DNA from: an uncultured Sphingomonadaceae bacterium
Lineage (GTDB): Bacteria > Pseudomonadota > Alphaproteobacteria > Sphingomonadales > Sphingomonadaceae
Reading direction: 5' to 3'
DNA: 64,000 bases
Assembly (NCBI GenBank): GCA_964383565.1
Contig: CAYLIK010000001.1
Span: 1,019 to 65,018 of the forward strand
Position numbers and translations under genes: made by a program. Each line of letters opens with the position of its first letter. Positions within the stretch are counted from its first letter, which is position 1. Shown here one piece after another: positions 28,400 through 37,379 of the stretch. Below the pieces are notes generated by a model. The model saw nothing but the letters and a program-made list of their open reading frames with translations. It had not been told where the DNA came from and did no database searches.

Positions 28400-29562
28400 G
28401 CGTGGGGCTTCAGATGGTCCCGCTTTATCTTCTTGGCGAGCGACCATTTATGGACCTCGGTCGGCCCGTCATAGATACGGAACGCGCGGATCTCGCGGAA
28501 CACCTGCTCCACAATCGTATCACGGGTCACACCGGTACCGCCCATGACCTGGACGCAGCGATCGGCGATCCGCATCAGCGCCTCGCTGACCGCGACCTTG
28601 GCCATGGAACTTTCCGCGGTGCCGAGCGAGCCGGTATCGAGCACGCCCGCGCACCAGTCGATCATCAGCTCGCACTGCTTCAGCTCGATCAGATTGTCGG
28701 CCAGCATGAAGCCGACCCCCTCATGATCGACCAGCAGCTTGCCGAATGCCTCGCGCTTGCAGGCATAGGCGGTCGCGATCTCGTTGGCGCGGATGCAGGA
28801 GCCGAGCCAGCGCATGCAATGCGACAAACGCGCTGGCGACAGCCGTATCTGGGCATATTTGAAGCCCTCGCCGCTCTTGCCGAGCATCTGATCGGCCGGC
28901 ACCCGCAGATTGTCGAGGAGGATCACTGAATGGCCGCCCGGCATCGAGCTGTCGATCGTATCCAGCACGCGCTCGATCTTGACGGCCGGATCAGGCAGGT
29001 CAACGAGGAACATGCAGGCGCCATCCTCGGACTTCGCCATGACGATGCCGACCTTCGCGCCCTGAGCGCCGGTGATGAACGCCTTGCGTCCGTTGATCAC
29101 CCAATGGTTGCCGTCCAGCCGGCATTCGGTCTTCATCATCGAAGGATCGGACCCTGCGCCGCCTTCGGACGCCGGCTCGGTCATAAAGAAGGCCGAACGC
29201 GCCTTGCCTTCGACGAGCGGTTTCAGGAATTGCGCTTTCTGGTCTTCGTTCGCGACATGGCCGAGCAGGTACATGTTGCCTTCGTCCGGCGCCTGCGTGT
29301 TGCAGGCGAGCGGACCGAGCGGCGACAGGCCAGACTTTATCAGCACCATCGCCGTCTCGCGCTGGGTGAGGTGGTTGCCGTCGGGCAGAATGTGCGGCGT
29401 GAGCACGCCCGCGGCGCGCGCCTTCTCGCGCATCTCCATGACCAGATCGTCCAGCGGACCATGCTCGTCACGACGCGGATCGCTCTCGTAGGGAATCACC
29501 ACTTCGCGCACGAAGGATTCGACCTTCGCCGCAAGTTCAGAAGCGCGTTGTGAAACCATCAT
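28396..29562 (-). CDS. acyl-CoA dehydrogenase family protein (ACAD10/11 C-domain-like)
   Basis: ORF 28396..29703 trimmed to MMVSQRASELAAKV. ACAD fold motifs FFMTEPASEGGAGSDPS. The C-terminal IYDGPTEVH has Asp where classical ACADs have the catalytic Glu (YEG motif). Confidence 0.8.
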   Translation of the reverse strand: MMVSQRASELAAKVESFVREVVIPYESDPRRDEHGPLDDLVMEMREKARAAGVLTPHILPDGNHLTQRETAMVLIKSGLSPLGPLACNTQAPDEGNMYLLGHVANEDQKAQFLKPLVEGKARSAFFMTEPASEGGAGSDPSMMKTECRLDGNHWVINGRKAFITGAQGAKVGIVMAKSEDGACMFLVDLPDPAVKIERVLDTIDSSMPGGHSVILLDNLRVPADQMLGKSGEGFKYAQIRLSPARLSHCMRWLGSCIRANEIATAYACKREAFGKLLVDHEGVGFMLADNLIELKQCELMIDWCAGVLDTGSLGTAESSMAKVAVSEALMRIADRCVQVMGGTGVTRDTIVEQVFREIRAFRIYDGPTEVHKWSLAKKIKRDHLKPHA

Positions 29563-29567
29563 ACCCC

Positions 29568-30110
29568 TCATTCGAATCTGATTATGTTCAGCACGTCTCC
29601 GCCTTGATAGGATTTCGCGGCTTGTGCAACATGATCGTAGAATCCGGTCAGCTGCGGAACGGGTCTGTACAGCTCCACCATATGGCCGAGCGTGGCTACG
29701 CAATCGATCATCAGGAAGCGGAAACCGTCATTCATTTCGGCATCCAGGGCGACCGCCTGACCTGCCGCCTGGAAGCGCGCGACGGCCATATCGAGATCAT
29801 CCTCAAACAGCGCGATATGATGGATCCCGTAGCGTTTCGATCCTTCCGGGTAGAGATCGTGAAAGGCCGAGGGGCCGGGATTATTCTGCTGCACGAACTC
29901 GATCATCACCTCCCCCCACTGGCCATAGGCCGAGCTATGGTCGAGCGGCCGATCGACGCCGCGATGCAGCGCGCGGCGCAGCGGAATATTGTCGGCGATG
30001 AAATATGGCCCGGAACCGAAAAGCGTGTGATGCTCCAGTGCAGCCGAGCGTACGTCATCGACGAAATAGGCGATCTGGCGCACCGGCCAGCTCATACCGT
30101 CGATCTCCAT
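29568..30110 (-). CDS. VOC family protein
   Basis: 180 aa. Paralog of 47886..48425 (shared QIAYFV/QVAHVV...IEFVQQ/IELIQQ...GIHHIAL/GFHHLGL...MVELY/MVELI blocks). Confidence 0.65.
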   Translation of the reverse strand: MEIDGMSWPVRQIAYFVDDVRSAALEHHTLFGSGPYFIADNIPLRRALHRGVDRPLDHSSAYGQWGEVMIEFVQQNNPGPSAFHDLYPEGSKRYGIHHIALFEDDLDMAVARFQAAGQAVALDAEMNDGFRFLMIDCVATLGHMVELYRPVPQLTGFYDHVAQAAKSYQGGDVLNIIRFE

Positions 30111-30124
30111 TGACCAGCCATGGC

Positions 30125-30430
30125 TCAGAATTCAGGGAGCGGACGCGCTCCGGCGATATCATAGACCTGCACCGTCGCACCCTTGAGCTGCGGACCATAT
30201 TTGGCGAAGAACGCGCCGGTCCATGGCTGGCGCAGATGGGTCAGCAGCGTGTCGTCGCCAGTCCATTGCTCAAGCACATTGATCAGCCCCGCCGAAGCAT
30301 CTTCCACCAGCAACGAATAATGGAGACAGCCTTCCTCGGTCAGCGTCTGGCGCCGCAAGGGCGCCACGTCGCGCATGAACTCGTCCATGATGGCAGGATC
30401 GAAGGTCATCGTGCCCGCGACGAAAATCAT
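30125..30430 (-). CDS. antibiotic-biosynthesis-monooxygenase (ABM, dimeric alpha/beta barrel) family protein
   Basis: 101 aa, containing EEGCLHYSLLVEDASAGLINVLEQWTGDDTLLTHL. RBS GGGAGAGAGG. Confidence 0.55.
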   Translation of the reverse strand: MIFVAGTMTFDPAIMDEFMRDVAPLRRQTLTEEGCLHYSLLVEDASAGLINVLEQWTGDDTLLTHLRQPWTGAFFAKYGPQLKGATVQVYDIAGARPLPEF

Positions 30431-30557
30431 TGCCTCTCTCCCATGCTATCTTGTGCCAGCTTATGCCTGTGATCCGGCGCGCCGGGGCAGCTAGCCTTAG
30501 CACTAGGTGCGCCGAAACCGCAGCGGGAAGAGGGTTTGCGGCAGTGAGGAGGATGCA

Positions 30558-30968
30558 ATGACGCACGAAGAAATATTGGCGTTTGTCGATCGGCTTTACG
30601 ATGCCACGGGCGTCGGCGATTTCGACACGGCCGAGACCATGCTGTCCGACGATCTGATTATCACCGAAGCGGACTGCCTGCCGATGGCCGGCGTCTATCG
30701 CGGCAAGACGGCACTCCGCGAACTCTTCACCAAGGTGATGGGGATGATGGATGTCGCGGGCCTTGAAAAGGTTCAGACATTGAGCGGCGGCGACTATGCC
30801 ATCACGATTGTCCGCTTCCAGTTTGCTGATCCAGCTTTGGAACCGGCCGAACTCTGCGAGATGTTCCGCTTCCGCGACGGCAAGGTGGTTGAGATCAAAC
30901 CCTATTATTTCGATCCTGCGGCTATCGTAGCGGCTTGCGAGGCCAAGAAGGCGAGGGTCGCGGCCTGA
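30558..30968 (+). CDS. NTF2-like (SnoaL-type) protein
   Basis: Trimmed to MTHEEILAFVDRLYDATGVGDFDTAETML behind GAGGAGGA. 136 aa. Confidence 0.6.
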   Translation: MTHEEILAFVDRLYDATGVGDFDTAETMLSDDLIITEADCLPMAGVYRGKTALRELFTKVMGMMDVAGLEKVQTLSGGDYAITIVRFQFADPALEPAELCEMFRFRDGKVVEIKPYYFDPAAIVAACEAKKARVAA

Positions 30969-30978
30969 TCCCTTAAAG

Positions 30979-31053
30979 CCGTTCGGGCTGAGCCTGTCGA
31001 AGCCCCTCTTCTTTCAGAAAGAAGAAGCACTTCGACAAGCTCAGTGCGAACGG
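30979..31053. repeat. 75-bp compound inverted repeat (REP/MITE-like hairpin element) between convergent genes
   Basis: The outer arm CCGTTCGGGCTGAGCCTGTCGAAG pairs with CTTCGACAAGCTCAGTGCGAACGG (3 mismatches in 24). The inner palindrome is CTCTTCTTTC-AGAAAGAAGAAG. Confidence 0.6.
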
Positions 31054-31060
31054 ATTTGTG

Positions 31061-32479
31061 TTAGGCGAACAATCCCTCGGGCGTTTCGATCAGCCCCCGC
31101 AACGTCGCCATGAACTCGGCGCCAACCGCACCGTCGATCGCGCGGTGATCGCAGGAGAGCGCCAGCCCGAGCCGGCTCTCGAACCGCCCCGCGCCGTCAG
31201 GCCCCTCAGCCCACACACGCTGGATTCCGCCGACCGCGAGGATCGCGCCCTGCGGCGGATTGATGATCGCGTCGAACTGGTCGATCCCGAACATGCCGAG
31301 GTTAGAGACCGAGAAAGTCCCCCCGTCCATATCTTCATAGCCGAGCTTGCCCGCCTGCGCCTTGTCGATCAGCGCGCGGGTGGCGGCGGCAAGCTGGTCG
31401 ATCCGCATCAGATCGGCCGAGCGCACGATCGGCGTCACCAGCCCCTTGGGCGAAGCCACCGCGACTGAAACGTCCGCATGCGGGAAATGGTGGATCGCAT
31501 CGCCATGGACCTGGATGTTGACCGCCGGATTGCGCACCAGCGCGATCGCCACCGCCTTGACAAGATAGTCGTTGCTCGACGCCTTGGCACCGAGCACCAG
31601 ATTGGCGGTCTTGCGGAGCGCCAGCAGTTCATCGACCCGCACGTTCATGCGCAAATAGAAGTGCGGAATGTTCTGCTTGGATTCGGTCAGCCGCCGCGCG
31701 ACGACCTTGCGGATCTTGTCCATCGGCACGATCTGGGGCCGGTTTTCGGCGGGCACGAACGGGCCAGAACTCAATCCGGTCGCGGCGGGCTTCACCAACG
31801 TCAGTACGTCCGCCTTCGAGATGCGTCCCCGGGCTCCGGTGCCCTTGATCCCGGCAAGATCGATACCGTGGATCGACGCCAGCCGCTTGGCCAGCGGCGA
31901 CGCGAAGAAACTTTCGAGGCTGAGCGGCAGATCAAGCTTGCCCTTTAACGACGGTGCGGATGCCGGACGGCTGGCCTGATAGACGTCCTGATACGTAATC
32001 CGCTCGCCCCGACCTGAACCCTCGATGCCGGCCAGATCGACGCCCAACCGCTCGGCAAGCTTGAGAGCCTCCGGGCTGATTGGGCGATTGGTTTCGATCT
32101 TCGCGGGGGCGGCAGCAACAGCGACCGGCTCGGGTGCGGCAGGTTCGGGCGTTTCGGTCTTCCGCGCAGCCACGCTCGTATTCGCCGCCTTGAAGTTTGC
32201 CGCGAATGCTTCGACATCGGCATCGCTCACATCGGCATCGGCGAAGACTGCGAGCAGCGCGCCGACCGGCTCCGCCTCGCCCCCCGCCGGCACGATCAGC
32301 TTGCGCAGCACCGAATCATATTCGGCATCGACCTCGTTGGTGATCTTGTCGGTCTCGATCAGGCACAATGTCTGCCCCCTCTTGAAAGCATCGCCCTCCT
32401 TGATCATCCATTCGGCGAGCGTGCCCTCGGTCATCTCGATGCCCCATTTGGGCATGGTGAATGCGCGGATATTGGCCAT
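31061..32479 (-). CDS. 2-oxoacid/acetoin dehydrogenase E2 component (dihydrolipoamide acyltransferase)
   Basis: Lipoyl motif IETDKIT, two PSBD-like segments (ISPEALKLAERLGVDLAGIEGSGRGERITYQDV and ASPLAKRLASIHGIDLAGIKGTGARGRISKADV) and catalytic DHRAIDG. Confidence 0.85.
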   Translation of the reverse strand: MANIRAFTMPKWGIEMTEGTLAEWMIKEGDAFKRGQTLCLIETDKITNEVDAEYDSVLRKLIVPAGGEAEPVGALLAVFADADVSDADVEAFAANFKAANTSVAARKTETPEPAAPEPVAVAAAPAKIETNRPISPEALKLAERLGVDLAGIEGSGRGERITYQDVYQASRPASAPSLKGKLDLPLSLESFFASPLAKRLASIHGIDLAGIKGTGARGRISKADVLTLVKPAATGLSSGPFVPAENRPQIVPMDKIRKVVARRLTESKQNIPHFYLRMNVRVDELLALRKTANLVLGAKASSNDYLVKAVAIALVRNPAVNIQVHGDAIHHFPHADVSVAVASPKGLVTPIVRSADLMRIDQLAAATRALIDKAQAGKLGYEDMDGGTFSVSNLGMFGIDQFDAIINPPQGAILAVGGIQRVWAEGPDGAGRFESRLGLALSCDHRAIDGAVGAEFMATLRGLIETPEGLFA

Positions 32480-32491
32480 GTCTATGCCTCC

Positions 32492-33502
32492 TCAGCGCCA
32501 GGCCAGCGTCTTGCGCACCGCTGCTTCGATCTTCTCCACCGACGGCAGGTAAGCGCTCTCCAGCTCACGCGCGAATGGCACCGGCGTGTGCGGCGGCGTG
32601 ACCATCGCGGGCGGCGCTTTCAGGCTCGCAAATGCCTTCTGCGTACCGAGCGTGACGAGGTCGGTCGCGATCGAGCAGCGTGGCGGGCTTTCATCGACGA
32701 CGACAAGACGGCCTGTCACTTCGATCGAATCGATGATCGCTTCCTCATCGAGCGGGCTGGTGGTGCGCAAATCGATGACATCGCAGCCGATGCCCTCACC
32801 GGCCAGCTTGTCGGCGACAGCTTCGCACAGGCCCACCATCAGGCCCATAGTGACGATCGTGATATCCTGCCCCGCGCGCGTCAGGCGGGCGTGGCCGAAT
32901 GGGATGGCATAATCCTCGTCCGGCACTTCACCGGTCGAGCCGTAGAGCGCCTTGTGCTCGAGAAAGATCACGGGATCATCATCGCGGATCGCTTGGGTAA
33001 GTAGGCCCTTCACGTCGGCGGGCGTCGAGGGCATCACCACCTTTAGACCCGGCATGCCAGTCAGGATCGAATGGACTGACTGACTATGCTGCGCAGCCGC
33101 GTTGAAGCCCGCGCCATAGACCATGCGGAGCACCGCCGGGCAGCGGCTCTTGCCGCCGAACATGTAGCGAAACTTGGCGATCTGGTTCCAGATCTGGTCG
33201 AGGCTGACGCCGATGAAATCCGCGAACATCAGCTCGGCGATCGGCCGCTTGCCGGAGAGCGCAAGCCCCGCCGCCGCGCCGATAATGGCGCTTTCCGAGA
33301 TCGGCGTGTCGATCACACGATCCTTGCCGAACTTGCCGAACAACCCCGTGGAGGTGCTCCAGATCCCGCCGATCGCCTCCGGGCCGCCAGCGGTACCCAT
33401 GCCGCCTACGACATCCTCGCCGAGCACGACGACGCTCGAGTCCCGTTCCATTTCTGAGGTGATCGTCTGGAGGACGGCCTCGCGATACATCATCTTCGTC
33501 AT
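32492..33502 (-). CDS. 2-oxoacid/acetoin dehydrogenase E1 beta subunit
   Basis: 336 aa. Transketolase-like pyrimidine-binding and C-terminal domains (VVLGEDVVGGMGTAGG...VIDTPISESAIIG). Confidence 0.85.
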   Translation of the reverse strand: MTKMMYREAVLQTITSEMERDSSVVVLGEDVVGGMGTAGGPEAIGGIWSTSTGLFGKFGKDRVIDTPISESAIIGAAAGLALSGKRPIAELMFADFIGVSLDQIWNQIAKFRYMFGGKSRCPAVLRMVYGAGFNAAAQHSQSVHSILTGMPGLKVVMPSTPADVKGLLTQAIRDDDPVIFLEHKALYGSTGEVPDEDYAIPFGHARLTRAGQDITIVTMGLMVGLCEAVADKLAGEGIGCDVIDLRTTSPLDEEAIIDSIEVTGRLVVVDESPPRCSIATDLVTLGTQKAFASLKAPPAMVTPPHTPVPFARELESAYLPSVEKIEAAVRKTLAWR

Positions 33503-33513
33503 CGCAAAGCCCC

Positions 33514-34485
33514 TCAGTAGCTGATGTAGACGTCGGTCAGGACGTCGGCTGCGGTCGATCGTTCGGCGGCGCGGGCCGCGGCGACCGCATCGTCGATTTG
33601 CTTCATCACCTCGGCATCGATCGCGTCGAGATCGGCGCCTTCAAGCAGCTTGGCCTCAGTCACGCTCGTGCGGAACTTGGTCAGGCAGTCGCGCTCGGCG
33701 CGGATGCGATCAAGCTCACCCTCGCCGCGATAGCGCTGCGGATCGCCCTCGAAATGCCCGTAATAGCGCTCGGTATCGAACTCGACCGCCGCCGGGCCGT
33801 TGCCCGCCCGAACATATTCAAGCACCTCGCGCATGGTCTCGTTCACCGAAAAGAAGTCGCAGCCGTCGCCGCGCCACACCTTCATTCCGAAAGCCTCGGC
33901 GCGGCTGGCGATGTCCTTGTTGGTGCCGACCGCATATTCGAAACCAGTGTGCTCCGAATAATGGTTGTTCTCGAACACGAAGATCACGGGCGCGTGCGTC
34001 ACGACCGCCATGTTCATCGCCTCGAACGTCGTGCCCTGGTTGCAGGCCCCATCGCCAGAGAAGCTGATCGAGACCTTGCCCTGGCCGTCGAGCTTGGCCG
34101 AGAGCGCCGCCCCCACCGCAATCGGCGCGCCGCCGCCGACGATGCCGTTTGCGCCAAGCATGCCCTGATCGACATCGGCGATATGCATCGAGCCGCCCTT
34201 GCCCTTGCAGAGCCCTTCCTTGCTGCCCCAGATTTCCTTCATCATGCCGTTCACGTCGCAGCCCTTGGCGATGCAATGGCCATGGCCGCGATGGGTCGAG
34301 ACGATCTTGTCCGAATTATCGAGATGCTCGCACACGCCGACCGCGACCGCTTCCTGCCCCGCATAGAGATGGGTGAAGCCGGCGATCTCGCCCGTCATGA
34401 TCTCATCGTGCAGACGCTCTTCAAACGCGCGGATCACCTTCATCTGGCGATAGGCGCGAACCAGGGCTTCCCGGCTCAATTGCAT
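33514..34485 (-). CDS. TPP-dependent 2-oxoacid/acetoin dehydrogenase E1 alpha subunit
   Basis: TPP motif GDGACNQG...VFENNHY. The long Arg-rich extension of ORF 33514..34749 was discarded. Start at MQLSREALV (34485), 8-9 nt behind AAGAGGA; Met at 34494 is the alternative. Confidence 0.85.
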   Translation of the reverse strand: MQLSREALVRAYRQMKVIRAFEERLHDEIMTGEIAGFTHLYAGQEAVAVGVCEHLDNSDKIVSTHRGHGHCIAKGCDVNGMMKEIWGSKEGLCKGKGGSMHIADVDQGMLGANGIVGGGAPIAVGAALSAKLDGQGKVSISFSGDGACNQGTTFEAMNMAVVTHAPVIFVFENNHYSEHTGFEYAVGTNKDIASRAEAFGMKVWRGDGCDFFSVNETMREVLEYVRAGNGPAAVEFDTERYYGHFEGDPQRYRGEGELDRIRAERDCLTKFRTSVTEAKLLEGADLDAIDAEVMKQIDDAVAAARAAERSTAADVLTDVYISY

Positions 34486-34513
34486 GTTCGGCATCCTCTT
34501 TCTTTTGTAGCTA

Positions 34514-35722
34514 TCATAACCCAAGCACGGTCTTTGCGATAATGCTGGATTGGATTTCGTTGGTGCCGCCGAAGATGGTCCATCCCCGGCTGTTGAGATA
34601 ACGCGCGGCAGCCACCTGCGCGGCCGGCGAATGGACCGGCGCGGGGGCATTGTCGCCGTAGAGCGGGCGGACAAGCGGAAGCTGCAGCCCGAACTCGCCG
34701 AACGCATCGACCGCCAGCAGATCGACATCCTGCCGCAGCGACGATGCAATCAACTTGACCACTGAGGTCTGCGGTCCGGCGGGGCGGCCCTTGGCAATAT
34801 CGGACAGGATACGCAGTTCGATCACTTCGAGCGACTTGGCGGACAGGCGAACCTTGGCGACACGTCGCTTCCAGTCCCGGTCATCGGCCAGCACGCCGCC
34901 ATAACCATCAGGCTCCTGCGCGGCGAACTGCTCGATACCATCGAGATCAGCCAGCAGGCGCGGTGCAAGACATGAACCGCCGCGCTCATTTTCCAGCAGG
35001 AACTTGGCGATCTTCCAGCCGTCGCCTTCTTCGCCGATGCGATCCTCGACGCGCGCCTCGGCATTGTCGAGGAACACCTGATTGACTTCATGATCGCTTG
35101 CAAGCGTCAGGATCGGGCGAACCGAAATACCCGGCTGGTTCATATCCATCAGCACGAAGCTGATCCCGGCCTGCCGCTTCACTTCGGTGTTGGTGCGCAC
35201 GAGACAGAATATCTTGTTCGCGTGATGGGCGTGGGTGGTCCAGATCTTGGAGCCGTTGATGATATATTTGTCGCCGTCACGCACGGCGCGGGTCTGGAGC
35301 GAGGCCAGGTCAGAGCCAGACCCCGGCTCCGAAAATCCCTGACACCAATAATCCTCACCGGAAAGGATGCGCGGCAGATAATAAGCTTTCTGCTCAGGCG
35401 TGCCGAAGGTGTAGATCACCGGCGCGACCAGCTTGAGGCTGAGCACGGTGAGGTAGGGCGCTCCCGCAAGCGCGCATTCTTTCTCGAAAATGTAACGCTG
35501 CGTCGGCGTCCAGCCGGGGCCGCCATATTCGACCGGCCATTGATAGGCGAGCCAGCCCTTGGCATTCAGGATCGCATTCCATTTCTGGCCGATGTCTGGT
35601 TCGACGAATACGGTCGGCGAAGCTGCCGCCCCACGACGCAGCTCTTCCGGAAGATTCTCCACCAGAAAGGCGCGAACTTCGTCCCGGAAAGCCAGCTCCT
35701 GAGGTGAAAATTCAAGGTCCAT
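34514..35722 (-). CDS. acyl-CoA dehydrogenase family protein
   Basis: 402 aa, starting MDLEFSPQELAFRDEVRAFL, with WCQGFSEPGSGSDLASL. Its start shares one nt with the thiolase stop. Confidence 0.8.
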   Translation of the reverse strand: MDLEFSPQELAFRDEVRAFLVENLPEELRRGAAASPTVFVEPDIGQKWNAILNAKGWLAYQWPVEYGGPGWTPTQRYIFEKECALAGAPYLTVLSLKLVAPVIYTFGTPEQKAYYLPRILSGEDYWCQGFSEPGSGSDLASLQTRAVRDGDKYIINGSKIWTTHAHHANKIFCLVRTNTEVKRQAGISFVLMDMNQPGISVRPILTLASDHEVNQVFLDNAEARVEDRIGEEGDGWKIAKFLLENERGGSCLAPRLLADLDGIEQFAAQEPDGYGGVLADDRDWKRRVAKVRLSAKSLEVIELRILSDIAKGRPAGPQTSVVKLIASSLRQDVDLLAVDAFGEFGLQLPLVRPLYGDNAPAPVHSPAAQVAAARYLNSRGWTIFGGTNEIQSSIIAKTVLGL

Positions 35723-36867
35723 CAGCGTTCCATTATCGTCACGGCCGAAACGCCGGGCGCGCCATAGACATGGGTGTAGGCGGTCTTGGGATTGCCCGGC
35801 ACCTGCCGCCCGCCGCCACGCCCAAGCAATTGCACGACATTCTCATAGACTTGCCGCAGCCCTGACGCCCCGATCGGCTCGCCGCACGCCAGGCATCCGC
35901 CATCGGTGTTGACCGGGAGCTTGCCCCCAATCTCGGTGCGGCCCTCGGCCAGCCATTGCTCCTGCTCGCCATCCTTGCAGAAGCCGTTCTCGGCCATATG
36001 CATCAGCTCGGCCCCTGCCTCGGTATCCTGAAGCTGGGCGACGGAGATATCCTCCGGCCCGATACCTGCCAGGGCGAATGCGTCGCGCGAGGCGATATTG
36101 GTCGCGGACCCGCCCCGCTCGATATCGATCGACGGCGCGAACACCTCGAACGATCCGGGCGGCCGCGTCCGCATCGAGGCGGCCTTGAGGCGGATCAGGG
36201 GCTTGCCCAGCTCGCGCGCCTTCTTCTCGCTGGCGAGGATCAGCGCCACCCCGCCCTCCGCGGGCGAGCAGAACATGAACTTTGTATAGGGATCGCTCAC
36301 CAGCGGTGCGTTCATGATAGTATCAAGATCGACCGGCTCCCGCCGCCAGGCATGCGGCGCATGGACTGCGTTGCGGAACGCCTTCTCCGCCACCTTGCCA
36401 AGCGTGGTCGGTGCGATGCCGTACTGGTTCATGTAGCGCATGATTTTGGCAGCGAAGAACTGCGTGGTGATCATATACCCCGCTTCGCCATACCATTCGG
36501 GCAGGTTGTATTCGGACGGCAGCGCATTGAACGCGCCGCGCGGATGCTTGTCGAAACCGACTGCAAGACCGATCTCGAACTCCCCCGACTTAATCGCCAT
36601 CTGCGCGGAGAACAGCGCGGAACCGCCGGCAGCACAGCCATTGCGCACATTGATGAACTGCACGCCGGTCAGCCCGAGCCGATCGACCATCGTATCGGGA
36701 TTGCCAGCCGCTTCCGACGCGCCGTAGGCGAACTGGACATCCGGCCATTCGATCCCGGCATCCTTGAGCGCCTCGCGCACGGCGAACACGCCCTGATCGA
36801 CTCCGGACAGACCATCGGTGCGCCCGAAGGGATGAATGCCGATGCCGACAATGCAGACGTCGCTCAT
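35722..36867 (-). CDS. SCP-x/lipid-transfer-type thiolase family protein
   Basis: 381 aa, starting MSDVCIVGIGIHPFGR, with the active-site Cys region NVRNGCAAGG. ATGA overlap with the upstream DUF35 gene. Confidence 0.75.
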   Translation of the reverse strand: MSDVCIVGIGIHPFGRTDGLSGVDQGVFAVREALKDAGIEWPDVQFAYGASEAAGNPDTMVDRLGLTGVQFINVRNGCAAGGSALFSAQMAIKSGEFEIGLAVGFDKHPRGAFNALPSEYNLPEWYGEAGYMITTQFFAAKIMRYMNQYGIAPTTLGKVAEKAFRNAVHAPHAWRREPVDLDTIMNAPLVSDPYTKFMFCSPAEGGVALILASEKKARELGKPLIRLKAASMRTRPPGSFEVFAPSIDIERGGSATNIASRDAFALAGIGPEDISVAQLQDTEAGAELMHMAENGFCKDGEQEQWLAEGRTEIGGKLPVNTDGGCLACGEPIGASGLRQVYENVVQLLGRGGGRQVPGNPKTAYTHVYGAPGVSAVTIMER

Positions 36868-37259
36868 GCTGCGCTCTCCGCTGGCTTGAAGGCGTGGATC
36901 AGCACGCTGTCCGCCGCATCGGGATCAAGCGGGATCTGAGTCAGCTCGACCGGCATGCCGATGTGGATGTCCTCGAACGGCACATCGGTGAGCCGCGTCT
37001 CGACGATCACCTCGCCCGGCAGCTCGACATACGCAACTGGCCAGGGCCTGAACGCCTCCGGCCCCGCATAAGGCGGCGACTTCGGGCGATAGCGCTGGAT
37101 GGTGTAGGACCAGACCGTCCCGGTGCGCGACAAGGGATAAGGCTCGTACCGCCCGCCCGCCGGACACGGAAAGACGATGCGCCCGGTTTCCCGGTCGCGG
37201 CCACCGATCAGCCGCGGCGCAGCCTCATCGGTGAACAGTCCTTCGGCAATCGCCCGCAT
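36864..37259 (-). CDS. DUF35 OB-fold (Zn-ribbon-like) acyl-CoA-associated protein
   Basis: Trimmed to MRAIAEGLFTDE behind GGGGA. The RIVFPCPAGG...WSYTIQRY...VAYVELPGEVIVETRL layout is typical of DUF35 partners of thiolases. Confidence 0.6.
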   Translation of the reverse strand: MRAIAEGLFTDEAAPRLIGGRDRETGRIVFPCPAGGRYEPYPLSRTGTVWSYTIQRYRPKSPPYAGPEAFRPWPVAYVELPGEVIVETRLTDVPFEDIHIGMPVELTQIPLDPDAADSVLIHAFKPAESAA

Positions 37260-37379
37260 CCAAATCCCCTGATTCTTTCTTACCCCCTTAAAACCCAATC
37301 CCTTGGCCAAAAGAGACTCCCATAAACGCTAGGGTTGGATCGGGCGCTGCCGTGGCAAACAAGGGCAGGAGAGAATGCG

